The notes: generated from the letters alone by a model not told the origin. 59,729 nt of DNA from Gemmatimonadota bacterium (GCA_041617795.1 JBFJOD010000003.1:1-59729), one strand, 5' to 3'; shown: positions 37,423 through 47,805, counted from the stretch's first letter. Numbers and translations are program-made.

Positions 37423-38820
37423 ATGAGTTTCTTTACTCTTGCGAATCTGAGCTACCTGGTCGCCGCGGCGCTGTTCATCTTCGGCTTGAAGAGGTTGCAG
37501 TCGCCAACCACAGCCAGGTCGGGGAATGCGATGGCCGCCGTCGGAATGGCGCTGGCCATCATCGTGACGCTGCTGGAAACGAACTTCGCCAACTGGCAGC
37601 TCATCCTCGTCGGCGGTGTGATCGGATCGTTGATTGGCGCCGTGTCGGCGCAGGCGGTCCAGATGACCGCCATGCCGCAGATGGTGGGGATCTTCAACGG
37701 TTTCGGTGGCGGTGCGTCGGCATTGGTGGCCATTTCGGAGTTCTTCCGACTGGCGGGAACCACCGAGGTGATGACAGTCGACGCCGGTGTCAGCATCATG
37801 GCGGGCACACTGATCGGGACGGTGACGTTCTCCGGCAGCATTGTCGCCTTTGGCAAACTGCAGAACCTGATTACCGGCGCACCGGTCACCTGGCCGCTGC
37901 AGAAATCCTTGAACACAATGCTGCTGGTCGTGTCGGCCGGGGTCGCGACCTATATCATCGGGTTCGATCAGAGCGTGAGCGTGTTCCTGGTATTCGCCGC
38001 TCTCGGTTTGGTGCTCGGGGTTACCTCGGTGATTCCGATCGGTGGCGCTGACATGCCCGTGGTGATCTCGTTGCTCAACTCGTACTCCGGGCTGGCTGCG
38101 GCGGCGGCGGGTTTCGTCGTCGACAACCGCGTCCTGATCATCGCGGGATCACTAGTCGGGGCCTCCGGCTTGATCCTGACCAATATCATGTGCGTTGGCA
38201 TGAACCGCTCACTGGCGAACGTTCTGTTCGGGGCGGTGGGAACGGCCGACGTCGTGGCCGGCAGCGTCGGTGTCGGTGATGCCAAGGTATCGGTGCGTGA
38301 TGTGTCGGCTGAAGAGGCCGGGATGATACTTGCCTACGCCAGCTCGGTGGTCTTCGTTCCGGGATACGGGATGGCCGTGGCTCAGGCTCAGCACGCCGTG
38401 CGCGAATTGGCGGACGTACTGAAAGAGCGCGGAGTGGACGTCAAGTACGCGATACACCCCGTCGCCGGCCGCATGCCGGGTCATATGAACGTGCTATTGG
38501 CCGAGGCTAACGTGCCGTACGACGAATTATTCGACATGGATGACATTAACGCCGAGTTCAAGAGAACCACTGTGTCGGTGGTGATCGGCGCGAATGATGT
38601 CGTCAATCCGGCGGCCCGGCATGATACCAGCAGCCCGCTCTACGGCATGCCGATACTGGACGTCGACGAATCGGAGCACATTATTGTAATGAAGCGCAGT
38701 TTACGGGCTGGTTTCGCCGGCGTCGACAACGAGTTGTTCTACCACCCAAAGACGATGATGCTGTTCGGCGACGCGAAGGACTCGGTCACCAAGCTGGTCT
38801 CCGAGGCCAAGGCCGCCTGA
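37423..38820 (+). CDS. pntB: NAD(P) transhydrogenase subunit beta
   Basis: MTAMPQMV, IGGADMPVVISLLNSYSG, PGYGMAVAQAQH, HPVAGRMPGHMNVLLAEA. Confidence 0.97.
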   Translation: MSFFTLANLSYLVAAALFIFGLKRLQSPTTARSGNAMAAVGMALAIIVTLLETNFANWQLILVGGVIGSLIGAVSAQAVQMTAMPQMVGIFNGFGGGASALVAISEFFRLAGTTEVMTVDAGVSIMAGTLIGTVTFSGSIVAFGKLQNLITGAPVTWPLQKSLNTMLLVVSAGVATYIIGFDQSVSVFLVFAALGLVLGVTSVIPIGGADMPVVISLLNSYSGLAAAAAGFVVDNRVLIIAGSLVGASGLILTNIMCVGMNRSLANVLFGAVGTADVVAGSVGVGDAKVSVRDVSAEEAGMILAYASSVVFVPGYGMAVAQAQHAVRELADVLKERGVDVKYAIHPVAGRMPGHMNVLLAEANVPYDELFDMDDINAEFKRTTVSVVIGANDVVNPAARHDTSSPLYGMPILDVDESEHIIVMKRSLRAGFAGVDNELFYHPKTMMLFGDAKDSVTKLVSEAKAA

Positions 38821-38832
38821 TCACTCGCGATA

Positions 38833-38866
38833 CCCTCGGCCGGCTCTAAGAGCGGCCGGCCGAGGG
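38833..38866 (+). terminator. Hairpin after pntB
   Basis: CCCTCGGCCGGC / GCCGGCCGAGGG 12-bp stem; no U-tract on the + strand. Confidence 0.5.
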
Positions 38867-38929
38867 CAAACCAGTCGAATACGCGTTCCAACCGCCACGA
38901 CCGACAATCTCGAATAGGAGCGACCCTTC

Positions 38930-39235
38930 ATGTGGCTACGGCTTCTCGTCCCCCTGACGCTGATCTGGCCGGTCCTCGCCCTGGCCGCCGAGGGAACGCG
39001 ACTGCGCTACTACCGGGGAACGACCGCTAGGGAGTCGCTTGCACTGGTCTTCAGCATCGTCGCCTACGGTCTTCTGTGGTTCGCGTTGCATCGCGTTGGC
39101 ATGAGCCTGACCGGCTCGGAATTGACCGCGCTTGTCGTGGCCTCGATCCTCTCCCTGCTCGCCGTTCCGGTGCTACTTTTTGCCGGCTACAAGTTGTTCG
39201 GCATGAAGCGCCAGGCAGCCCCGGCAGCCCACTGA
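38930..39235 (+). CDS. Small 3-TM hypothetical protein
   Basis: AGGAG RBS, ATG, three hydrophobic helices. Confidence 0.7.
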   Translation: MWLRLLVPLTLIWPVLALAAEGTRLRYYRGTTARESLALVFSIVAYGLLWFALHRVGMSLTGSELTALVVASILSLLAVPVLLFAGYKLFGMKRQAAPAAH

Positions 39236-39279
39236 CGGCCGGACGAGCAGCACCTGGCGCGATAAAGCCATCCCGGTCG

Positions 39280-40803
39280 ATGCCAGCACACGTCTTGGTG
39301 CTCGGCGATCAGCTGACACGCCAGGTCGGTCCGCTCGCCAGGGCGCATCCCAAACTCACAAACGTTCTGATGATCGAGTCGCACGCGCTCGCATCAGCCT
39401 ATAAGCATCACAAGCAGAAGCTCGTGCTTTTCTTCTCGGCGATGCGCCATTTCGCTCGCGACCTTCAAGCGGACGGCTTTGCAGTCGATTACCTGCAAGC
39501 GGAAAGCTTCGAGACCGGCATCGCCGATTACCTGCGAAAACACCCCGGCGCCACCCTCACAATGATGCGCCCTTCTGATTGGGGCTACGAAGATGCTCTT
39601 GCGGACGCCGCCCGGCAGGCAGGGGGAAGCCTCGAAGTGCTTCCCAATGACCTGTGGCTGACAACGCCGGCGGACTTTGATGAGTGGGCGGGTGAGAAGA
39701 AGAGCCTCAGGCTCGAGTCGTTCTATCGGTTCATGCGGAGGCGCACGGGCTGGCTGATGGACGGGGACGAGCCACACGGCGGTACTTGGAACTTCGATGC
39801 CGAGAATCGCGAGACACCCGGTAGCGATCATGCGTTCCCCGAGGTCCTGCGGTTAGAAGCTGATGAGCTTAGCCTCGAGGTGATGGAACATGTAGAGTCG
39901 ACATACCCCGATCACTTCGGGTCAGTCGAGCATTTCAATTGGCCGGTCACGCGCCCGCAAGCGCTGGAGTCGTTGCAGGATTTCTGCCAGAATCGCCTTC
40001 GCTGGTTCGGTCCCTACGAGGATGCCATGGTAACCGGTCAGCACGCCCTTTATCATAGCTTGCTGAGTCCTGCCATCAACATGGGCCTCCTGACGCCGAA
40101 GGAGGTCTGTGAAACGGCACTCGAGTTTGCGGCGGATGGGCGGCGAAAGATCCCCCTCAACAGCATCGAAGGGTTCATCCGGCAAATCCTCGGCTGGCGC
40201 GAGTTCATGTACCACGTTTATCGCCGGAACATGCCCGCGTTGCGGAAGGCCAACGGGCTGAACCACCGCCGCCGCTTACCCTGGCTATATTGGAGCGGCG
40301 CGACCGGCATGAACTGTCTGAGACAGACGGTGCGCCAGCTTGAGGAGAGCGGGCATACCCACCACATCCAGCGTTTGATGGTTTTGGGCAACTTCGCCCT
40401 CATCGCCCAGGTCAACCCGCAGGAGCTGAACGATTGGTTCCTGTCCTGCTACGTCGATGCACTCGACTGGGTCGTGACTCCCAACGTCCTCGGCATGAGT
40501 CAGTTCGCCGATCTCGGCTCGTTCACTAGCAAGCCCTACGCGGCCAGCGCCAATTACATCAACCGGATGAGCGATTACTGCCGCAGCTGTCAGTACGACC
40601 GCAAAGCCACCGTCGGCGAAAAAGCCTGCCCCTTCAACAGCCTCTACTGGGACTTCATCGACCGACACGCCGACCGCTTCGCAGCGAACCCGCGCATGGC
40701 ACTGGTGCTGCGAAATTGGCAAAAGCGCACGCCGGAAACGCAGCAGGGAATCCGGGAGCAGGCCGAACGTGTGAAGCGGGCGCTGACACGCGACCGCCTG
40801 TGA
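39280..40803 (+). CDS. Cryptochrome/photolyase, FeS-BCP class (PhrB/CryB-like (6-4) photolyase)
   Basis: ATG 39280; VLGDQL, HKQKLVLFFSAMRHFA, WNFDAENR, FGPYEDAM, HHIQRLMV; four Fe-S cysteines MNC, YCRSC, ACPFN. Confidence 0.92.
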   Translation: MPAHVLVLGDQLTRQVGPLARAHPKLTNVLMIESHALASAYKHHKQKLVLFFSAMRHFARDLQADGFAVDYLQAESFETGIADYLRKHPGATLTMMRPSDWGYEDALADAARQAGGSLEVLPNDLWLTTPADFDEWAGEKKSLRLESFYRFMRRRTGWLMDGDEPHGGTWNFDAENRETPGSDHAFPEVLRLEADELSLEVMEHVESTYPDHFGSVEHFNWPVTRPQALESLQDFCQNRLRWFGPYEDAMVTGQHALYHSLLSPAINMGLLTPKEVCETALEFAADGRRKIPLNSIEGFIRQILGWREFMYHVYRRNMPALRKANGLNHRRRLPWLYWSGATGMNCLRQTVRQLEESGHTHHIQRLMVLGNFALIAQVNPQELNDWFLSCYVDALDWVVTPNVLGMSQFADLGSFTSKPYAASANYINRMSDYCRSCQYDRKATVGEKACPFNSLYWDFIDRHADRFAANPRMALVLRNWQKRTPETQQGIREQAERVKRALTRDRL

Positions 40804-40810
40804 GCCGGCC

Positions 40811-40863
40811 TTGACCGTAGCCACGCTGCGACTAGCTTAACGGCGTTCACTTAACACCGTTAA
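40811..40863 (+). promoter_or_regulatory. Promoter and tandem TetR operator of the efflux operon
   Basis: TTGACC-16 bp-TAGCTT, overlapped by TTAACGGCGTTCA-C-TTAACACCGTTAA (two TTAAC-N3-GTTAA-like units, 40837-40863). Confidence 0.72.
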
Positions 40864-40876
40864 CCGGGAGAGGGCG

Positions 40877-41539
40877 ATGACGCCAAGGCTAGCGGAGCCG
40901 CCGCGGGCGACCGACACGGAGACCGCCATACTGGTCGCGGCTCGCGATCTGTTGGCGGAGGGCGGGTTGGACGCGCTCTCGATGCGGGCTGTCGCGGGGC
41001 GGGTCGGAATCAGCGCGACCGCAATCTACAACTACTTCACAAACAAGCAGGCGCTGGTCCGCCGGGTGGTGACGCGGGGGTTCGAGCGGTTTGTCGGCTA
41101 CCTGGAGGAAGCGATTGTCGCTGAGCCGGTGGGATCGATGGAGCGGCTCTCGGCTTTGGGCGAAGCCTACATACGCTTCGCGCTGGAGAATCGAGAGTAT
41201 TTCTTCGTGATCTTCGCCGCGCACGGCGACTGTCCCCGGGAGATCGAGGAGTTGCCTGCCGGGGGTGGTTACCAGCTGTTCCGGGAAACTGTGGTGGAGG
41301 CGATGGACGCGGGAACGATTCGTCGAGCCGATCCTGACTTGCTGGTGCTCTATATGTGGACCCACGTGCATGGGCTTGTGACGCTGCTGCTCTCCTGCGA
41401 TCCGGATGCGCGTTGCCGCCATTCGGGTGAGAAGTTGAGCGCGCCGGGGTTGTTCGCGCAATTTGGTGATTTCGTATTCAACGGTCTAAGGCCGTCAGGT
41501 GGCGGAGCGGGCGAAACGGAGGCGGGTGCATCTTCGTAG
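40877..41539 (+). CDS. TetR/AcrR family regulator
   Basis: LSMRAVAGRVGISATAIYNYFTNKQAL; WHG-like WTHVHG C-terminus. Confidence 0.92.
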   Translation: MTPRLAEPPRATDTETAILVAARDLLAEGGLDALSMRAVAGRVGISATAIYNYFTNKQALVRRVVTRGFERFVGYLEEAIVAEPVGSMERLSALGEAYIRFALENREYFFVIFAAHGDCPREIEELPAGGGYQLFRETVVEAMDAGTIRRADPDLLVLYMWTHVHGLVTLLLSCDPDARCRHSGEKLSAPGLFAQFGDFVFNGLRPSGGGAGETEAGASS

Positions 41540-41574
41540 TTCAAGGAGCGAAGCCCTCCTGAGAAACGACGATC

Positions 41575-43092
41575 GTGATGCTCACAAATGGAGACAGATT
41601 CGTGCAGAACGGAATCAGAGTCCTGAGTCGTGGCATAGCCGCAGGCCTAACCGGTCTGCTGGTGGCGGGAAGCCTGGCGGCGCAAAGCGTGGATCGGCCG
41701 TCCTATTCTCTTGAGGATGCGATTGCGTTGGCGCTGGAGAGCAATCGCGACCTGCAGGATGCCCGGCTCGGTTTGGAGACCGCGGACCAGCAGGTGCGCG
41801 AGGCCTGGGGCAGCCTGTTTCCCACCGTGGACGCTTCGCTCAGCGTGCAGCGAAACCTGGAGGTCCAGGAAGCGTTTCTGCCAAAGATCATTTTTGACCC
41901 CAACGCCTCACCGGATGAACTCGTCCCGGTACGTTTCGGTGCGGACAACAATTGGTCGGCTTGGCTGAACATCTCGCAGCCGCTGTTCGACGCTGGCGCT
42001 CTAGTTGGCGTAGGGACGGCGGGACGCTTTCGTGGTTTGCAGCGTGAGATCGTGCGCGGGCAGGCCCAGGCGATTACCTCGCGAGTAAGGCGGGCCTACT
42101 ATCAGGCGCTGCTGGCTCACGAGCAGGTGCGGGTGACGGAAGAAAGCGTTCGCCGAACAGAGACGACGCTGAAAGAGACGGAAGGTCTACAGCGCGCGGG
42201 GCTGGCCAGCAGTTACGACGTCTTGCGACTCGAGGTCAGGTTGGCCAACCTCAGACCCAACCTCCGACGAGCGGCCAATGCTGCTCTTGCCGCCGAGCGT
42301 GACTTGGCGGTGCAGCTGGGGCGCGACGACGTGACTGCTGTTCATGTGGCCGGTCGATTGTACGAAGTCGACCTCGCCGCGCCGGACGCGAATGAAGGTC
42401 CCAATCGGGATCTGCTGCGTCTCGTCGGCTATCGTAACGCGCTCGAGGCGCCTTACGAAGGTGTGTATGAATTGGCGCGCCGAATGCGTTCCGATATCCG
42501 GCAGGCGCGTCTCAATCGCGAGCTCGAGAATGCCCGAGTGCGGTTCGAGCGCACCAGCCTCTTTCCGCGTCTGTCGGCCTTCTTTGCCTACGGCATCATA
42601 GCGCAGGAAGATGGATCGCTGGATCCGTTCGGTGAGAACGCGAACCAGCGAACGACCAGCGTCTACCTAGGTGTTCAGCTTGAGGTCCCGATATTTTCTG
42701 GCTTTCAACGCCTGGCGCGCGTGCAGCAGCGGAAGCTGGCGCAGCGGCAGGCAGAGGTCCGTCTGGATTTGCTGGAGCAGCAAGCCGCAAACCAGATCCG
42801 CACGGCGCTGGAAGCGCTCGAAGAGGCGCGGCTGAGGGCCGAGGCTCAAGGCCAGGCGGTCGGCGAAGCGCAGCGCGGGTTCGAGATCGTGACATCTCAA
42901 TACCTGGCGGGAATCAGTTCGCAGCTCGAGGTAACCGAAGGCGAGGTACTGCTGCGCGAGTCTGAGTTCAACTATGCGCAGGCCATCTACGATTATCTCG
43001 TCGCGCAGGCCGATCTGGATGATGCGGTGGGTGTCGTTCCAGTGATCGATGTGCCGCCCAATGTGGAAGCAGAGCTTAGTGTCTCCGAATGA
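41575..43092 (+). CDS. TolC-family outer membrane efflux protein
   Basis: SLEDAIALALESN, duplicated OEP pattern, LEVPIFSGF, YLAGISSQLEV; start approximate. Confidence 0.9.
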   Translation: MMLTNGDRFVQNGIRVLSRGIAAGLTGLLVAGSLAAQSVDRPSYSLEDAIALALESNRDLQDARLGLETADQQVREAWGSLFPTVDASLSVQRNLEVQEAFLPKIIFDPNASPDELVPVRFGADNNWSAWLNISQPLFDAGALVGVGTAGRFRGLQREIVRGQAQAITSRVRRAYYQALLAHEQVRVTEESVRRTETTLKETEGLQRAGLASSYDVLRLEVRLANLRPNLRRAANAALAAERDLAVQLGRDDVTAVHVAGRLYEVDLAAPDANEGPNRDLLRLVGYRNALEAPYEGVYELARRMRSDIRQARLNRELENARVRFERTSLFPRLSAFFAYGIIAQEDGSLDPFGENANQRTTSVYLGVQLEVPIFSGFQRLARVQQRKLAQRQAEVRLDLLEQQAANQIRTALEALEEARLRAEAQGQAVGEAQRGFEIVTSQYLAGISSQLEVTEGEVLLRESEFNYAQAIYDYLVAQADLDDAVGVVPVIDVPPNVEAELSVSE

Positions 43093-43137
43093 CGGTGTGA
43101 CGACGATGACAGCAAACGCAACTAGAAGGCTTGGCTC

Positions 43138-44238
43138 GTGATGATGAATGGAACAGTTGAGCGTGTCGCTTGCCTCTTGCTGACCGTGGCCGCGGTGCTG
43201 CCGCTGGCGGCTTGTGGCTCCTCCGGTCAGGAGAGCGAGGCTGCCGAGGCGAACGGTGAATTCATAAAGACCGTGAACGTCGAGGTGGCCGCGGTCGCGC
43301 CCGTGGACTTCACCAGCTTCATCCGTTTGACCGGCGAAGTTGAAGCCTTGAACGACGTGACGATGAGCGCCGAGGAGAGCGGTGTGATCGAGCGCTTCTA
43401 TGTCGAGAAGGGCCAGTTCGTACGTCAGGGGACGGAAATCGCCAAGATCCGCGACCGGGTGCTACAGGCTCAGGTGGACGAAGCGGCCGCAGCGTCCGGT
43501 CTGGCGACGGAACGCTACGAGCGGCAGCGGCGTCTCTGGGAGGAGGAGGAGATCGGCAGCGAGATCACATATCTGGAGGCCAAATACCAGGCGGAGCTCC
43601 AACTGGCGCGGCTCGAGACGCTGCGTGCCCGGCTTCAGCGGACCACGCTGAGATCGCCGATCTCGGGGATCTTCGACGAACGCTATGTCGATGTCGGTGA
43701 GATGGTCGCGCCCGGCACGCCGGTGGTGCGTATCGTCGAAATGGCCCGGCTCAAAGTCACCGGCGGGGTGCCGGAACGCTTTGCCCTGCAGGTCCGCCCC
43801 GGTGTCGAGGCTCGCATTGGCTTGGACGTGCTGCCGGGGCAGGAGTTTAGAGGCGTTATCCTTTATGTGGGTAGCGCTATCGACCAGCGTAACCGCACGT
43901 TTCCGATAGAGATCGAGTTTGAAAACCCGGGGCGCGTCATCAAGCCGCGCATGGTCGCGAACGTCGAGGTACCCGCCGATCGAATGACAGAAGTCCTCGT
44001 CGTCCCGCAGGCGGCGGTGCTCCGCACGGAGGCCGGTTACCAAATATTCGTGGCAGTCCAGCGTGACGGCGAGCTCGTCGCGGAGGCGCGCCCCGTCAAA
44101 CTCGGACCATCTTATGCCAACCGTACCGTGATCGCCGAAGGTATCGAAGCCGGCGATCAAGTCGTGGTACGCGGCCAGCAGTTGGTGGAGTCGGGGAATC
44201 GGGTTCGCATCGTGAACTCCGACACGGCCTCTTCTTGA
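43138..44238 (+). CDS. RND efflux periplasmic adaptor (lipoprotein)
   Basis: Lipobox LAAC; VEKGQFV, LRSPISG, VVPQAAV, GDQVVVRGQ. Confidence 0.92.
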   Translation: MMMNGTVERVACLLLTVAAVLPLAACGSSGQESEAAEANGEFIKTVNVEVAAVAPVDFTSFIRLTGEVEALNDVTMSAEESGVIERFYVEKGQFVRQGTEIAKIRDRVLQAQVDEAAAASGLATERYERQRRLWEEEEIGSEITYLEAKYQAELQLARLETLRARLQRTTLRSPISGIFDERYVDVGEMVAPGTPVVRIVEMARLKVTGGVPERFALQVRPGVEARIGLDVLPGQEFRGVILYVGSAIDQRNRTFPIEIEFENPGRVIKPRMVANVEVPADRMTEVLVVPQAAVLRTEAGYQIFVAVQRDGELVAEARPVKLGPSYANRTVIAEGIEAGDQVVVRGQQLVESGNRVRIVNSDTASS

Positions 44239-44263
44239 TCCGAATCCGTTAGCGAGAAGCGAA

Positions 44264-47200
44264 ATGTCCAGAGATCCAGATCGCAGGTCAGAGAGCGGTT
44301 CCGGGAATTCACCTATACGAGACGATGGCAAAGGTCACGGCGTCTTTAAGCAGTTCTGGCTGACGTCGTTCGCGGTCGACCATCCGACCAGCGTGTTGGT
44401 CCTCACGCTGATCGTCATCATCGCGGGGTTCATCTCCTATATAACCGTTCCGAAGGAGGCCGCACCGGAGATCACCGTCCCCTTCATCGCTGTCAACACG
44501 GTCTATCCTGGGGTGGCGCCTGAAGACATCGAGTCACTGATCACACGCGAACTCGAGGATGAGCTGAACAAGATCGGCGATGTCGAGGAGATCACGTCGA
44601 CCTCTGTCGAAGGGTATTCCAGCATCGTCGTCGAGTTTGTGGCCGGCATGGACATGACCGAAGCGCTGCAGTTGATGCGCGAGAAGGTAGATATCGCTAA
44701 GCCTGATCTGCCGCCGGCGGCCGAAGAGCCGATGATCATCGAGTTCAACTTCGCCGAATTCCCGATCATGCAGGTGAACATCTCGGGGGAATATGGGCTC
44801 GCCCGCCTGAAGCGGCTGGCGGAAGACGTGCAGGAACGGTTGGAACAGATCCCCTCGGTGTTGGAGGTCACTCTGTCAGGTGGCTTGGAACGCGAGGTTC
44901 AGGTCGATGTCGATTTAGCGAAGCTCAAGTACTATGGCCTGGCGTTCGACGACGTAATCGACGTGATCCGCGAGGAGAACGTCACAACGCCGGGTGGAAC
45001 CATTGATGTGGGCGACGTCAAGTATCTGGTCCGTGTACCGGGCGAATTTGAGGACGCCAAGCTAATCGAAGACATCGTGATCACTGCGCCCGGTGACCGG
45101 CCCGTGTACATCCGTGACGTTGCCACTGTGGATTTCGGCTTCAAGGAGCGTGACAGCTACGCCAGATTAGACGGAAATCCCGTCGTAACACTCGGCGTCA
45201 AGAAGCGCGTGGGTCGCAACATCATCGAGACGGCAGATGCCGTGAGGGTGGCTATCGCCGAGATGCAGCCAGAATTCCCGCCGACCACCGTCGTGAAGAT
45301 CACCTCCGATATGTCGGAGGAGGTTCACAAGATGGTCAGCAGCTTGGAGAACAATATCATCTCTGGGCTGATACTCGTCGTTGCGGTTCTGCTGTTCGCG
45401 CTGGGTCTGCGGAATGCGTCGTTTGTCGGGGTAGCGATTCCACTCTCGATGCTCGTGTCGTTCAGCGTCATCCAGCTGGTGGGCATGACGATGAACTTCA
45501 TCGTCCTGTTTAGCTTAATTCTGGCTTTGGGGATGTTGGTGGACAACGCCATCGTTGTTGTGGAAAACATCTATCGTTTCCGCGAACGAGGCTATGACAA
45601 GAAGGAAGCTGCAAAGCTCGCCACCGCGGAGGTCGCGGTCCCGGTGATTGCCGCGACGGCGACGACGTTGGCAGCTTTTGCGCCCATGGCGTTCTGGCCG
45701 GGCATCGTCGGCGAATTCATGGGTTATCTGCCGAAGACACTGATCATCACGCTCAGCTCGTCGCTGTTCGTCGGTCTCGTGATCAATCCGACGCTCTGCT
45801 CGCTCTGGATGCGTCCCGAAGGCGAAAAAAGCCCTGGCCTGACCCGCGAAATGAAGTGGGCCATGGGCGCCGCCGCCGCTGTGGCGGGCCTGGTAGTTTT
45901 CGTCAGCCAGCCGCTGGCTGCGATTCTCTTGACGCTGACCGGCGTGGCGCTGTACATGCTGCACCGCCACGTGCTGGCGCCGGCCGCGCACTGGCTGCAG
46001 AACGTGAACTTGCCAGCGACCCTGCGCAGGTACGAGCGGGTCCTCCGCTGGGCGTTAGCTCATCGTGGCATCGTCGCGGGTCAGGCCGTGTTGACGTTGG
46101 TGCTGGCCGTTGTTGCCTTTGGCGTCTTCAGCAAAGGCGTGGTGTTTTTCCCAGAGGACATCCCACCCAGCACGATCTATGTACAGGTGGAAGGGCCGAC
46201 CGGCACCCGTGCCGATGTGACGGATGCCACGGTGAAGGAGATCGAGGCGGAGTTAAGAGAGCTAGCGGGCCATGAGGACTTCGAGTCCGTTGTGGCGACC
46301 GCTGGGGCCAGCACAGGCGATTTGTTTTCGGGTGGCTCAGGCACGCACATGGGTACGGCCGCTGTGAACTTTGCGGACTATGAGGAGCGTCGTCACGACG
46401 TGTTCGAGACGCTCGAGCTCATGCGGAATACGATCGGTGCTCGTGTGGCCGGGGCCGACGTGACGGTGGAGAAGCCCCAGGAAGGCCCGCCGACCGGTCT
46501 GCCCGTCACCATCGAGATTGTCGGTGAAGACGCAAAGTTGCTGAAGCGCTTGGGCGATCAGGTGGTAACCATCCTGTCGAACTCTGCAGTCGCCCCGAAG
46601 TTGGAGGGTCTCGAGAACGACATGGCCGATGCACGGCCCGAGCTAACGGTCGAAGTCGACCGTGAGAAGGCCAAGCTGTTTGGGGTCAACACCCAGAAGA
46701 TTGGCTTCATGGTGCGGAGCGCGATCAACGGCGTCGAGGCGTCCAAGTTTCGGGATGGAAAAGACGAATACGACATCGTCGTCCGTCTGGCCGAGCCGTA
46801 TCGGCAGGACATTAACTCGCTGGCCGACCTGACGGTCGTATCCGAAGATGGAAACCAGGTGCCGCTGCCATCCGTAGCGAACTGGAGCGTGAACGAAAGC
46901 TTCAGTGGTATCAACCGCAAGGATTTGAATCGCATCGTCACGGTTTCGTCTGACGTGCGGTCGGGTTACAATGCCAACGCCGTGCTCGCCGAGGTGCAGG
47001 GCGAGCTGGCCCAATTCGCCAGCGCGCTTCCGCGCGGCTACGAGTTGCGTTACACGGGACAGCAAGAAGAGCAGCAGGAGTCCGCGGCATTTCTATTCGG
47101 TGCCTTTATCACAGCGCTCCTGCTGATCGCGTTCATCCTGGTGTCGCAGTTCGACTCGGTGCTAAAACCGGCGATCATCCTTAGCTCGGTCCTCCTATCA

Positions 47201-47737
47201 ACGGTCGGCGTATTGATTGGACTGATGGTGTTCGACATGCCGTTCGGGATCATCATGAGCGGGGTCGGGGTGATCAGCTTGGCAGGCGTGGTGGTTAATA
47301 ATGCCATCGTACTGATGGACTATATCGATGTCTTGCGTACTCGCGACGGGTTGAGCAGGCTGGAATCACTCGTTCAAGGCGGTCTGACTCGGTTCCGGCC
47401 GGTGACTTTGACGGCGATCACGACGGTTATGGGTCTGATCCCGCTCGCGATTGGCCTAAACATCGATTTTTACGGTTTCTATCTACGTCTCAATCCCAAC
47501 TTTTTCTGGGGCGGCGAACAAGCGGCGTGGTGGGGGCCGATGGCAATCGCGGTCATCGCGGGGCTGACGTTCGCGACCTTCTTGACTTTAATTCTGGTAC
47601 CAGTCATGTACTCACTCACCGACGATCTCGCAGACTTCTTCGAGCGGCACTTCACGCATCCTAAGGACCGAGCCGAAGTGTCGGATGAAGCGAGGCCCGC
47701 GATCGAAGTTCCAGAAGCTGAGACCGTAACGGCGTAG
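44264..47737 (+). CDS. RND efflux permease (AcrB/MdtB-like)
   Basis: GMLVDNAIVVVEN, GVVVNNAIVLMD, RFRPVTLTAITT; two periplasmic lobes. Confidence 0.95.
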   Translation: MSRDPDRRSESGSGNSPIRDDGKGHGVFKQFWLTSFAVDHPTSVLVLTLIVIIAGFISYITVPKEAAPEITVPFIAVNTVYPGVAPEDIESLITRELEDELNKIGDVEEITSTSVEGYSSIVVEFVAGMDMTEALQLMREKVDIAKPDLPPAAEEPMIIEFNFAEFPIMQVNISGEYGLARLKRLAEDVQERLEQIPSVLEVTLSGGLEREVQVDVDLAKLKYYGLAFDDVIDVIREENVTTPGGTIDVGDVKYLVRVPGEFEDAKLIEDIVITAPGDRPVYIRDVATVDFGFKERDSYARLDGNPVVTLGVKKRVGRNIIETADAVRVAIAEMQPEFPPTTVVKITSDMSEEVHKMVSSLENNIISGLILVVAVLLFALGLRNASFVGVAIPLSMLVSFSVIQLVGMTMNFIVLFSLILALGMLVDNAIVVVENIYRFRERGYDKKEAAKLATAEVAVPVIAATATTLAAFAPMAFWPGIVGEFMGYLPKTLIITLSSSLFVGLVINPTLCSLWMRPEGEKSPGLTREMKWAMGAAAAVAGLVVFVSQPLAAILLTLTGVALYMLHRHVLAPAAHWLQNVNLPATLRRYERVLRWALAHRGIVAGQAVLTLVLAVVAFGVFSKGVVFFPEDIPPSTIYVQVEGPTGTRADVTDATVKEIEAELRELAGHEDFESVVATAGASTGDLFSGGSGTHMGTAAVNFADYEERRHDVFETLELMRNTIGARVAGADVTVEKPQEGPPTGLPVTIEIVGEDAKLLKRLGDQVVTILSNSAVAPKLEGLENDMADARPELTVEVDREKAKLFGVNTQKIGFMVRSAINGVEASKFRDGKDEYDIVVRLAEPYRQDINSLADLTVVSEDGNQVPLPSVANWSVNESFSGINRKDLNRIVTVSSDVRSGYNANAVLAEVQGELAQFASALPRGYELRYTGQQEEQQESAAFLFGAFITALLLIAFILVSQFDSVLKPAIILSSVLLSTVGVLIGLMVFDMPFGIIMSGVGVISLAGVVVNNAIVLMDYIDVLRTRDGLSRLESLVQGGLTRFRPVTLTAITTVMGLIPLAIGLNIDFYGFYLRLNPNFFWGGEQAAWWGPMAIAVIAGLTFATFLTLILVPVMYSLTDDLADFFERHFTHPKDRAEVSDEARPAIEVPEAETVTA

Positions 47738-47769
47738 TTCGGCTGCCAGTTCACTCACGCTTGGAAGCA

Positions 47770-47805
47770 AAGCGCGCCGCCTCCGGGTCAGGGGGGCGGC
47801 GCGTT
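47770..47805. terminator. Probable bidirectional terminator hairpin
   Basis: GCGCGCCGCCTCC / GGGGGCGGCGCGT stem between convergent genes. Confidence 0.6.
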
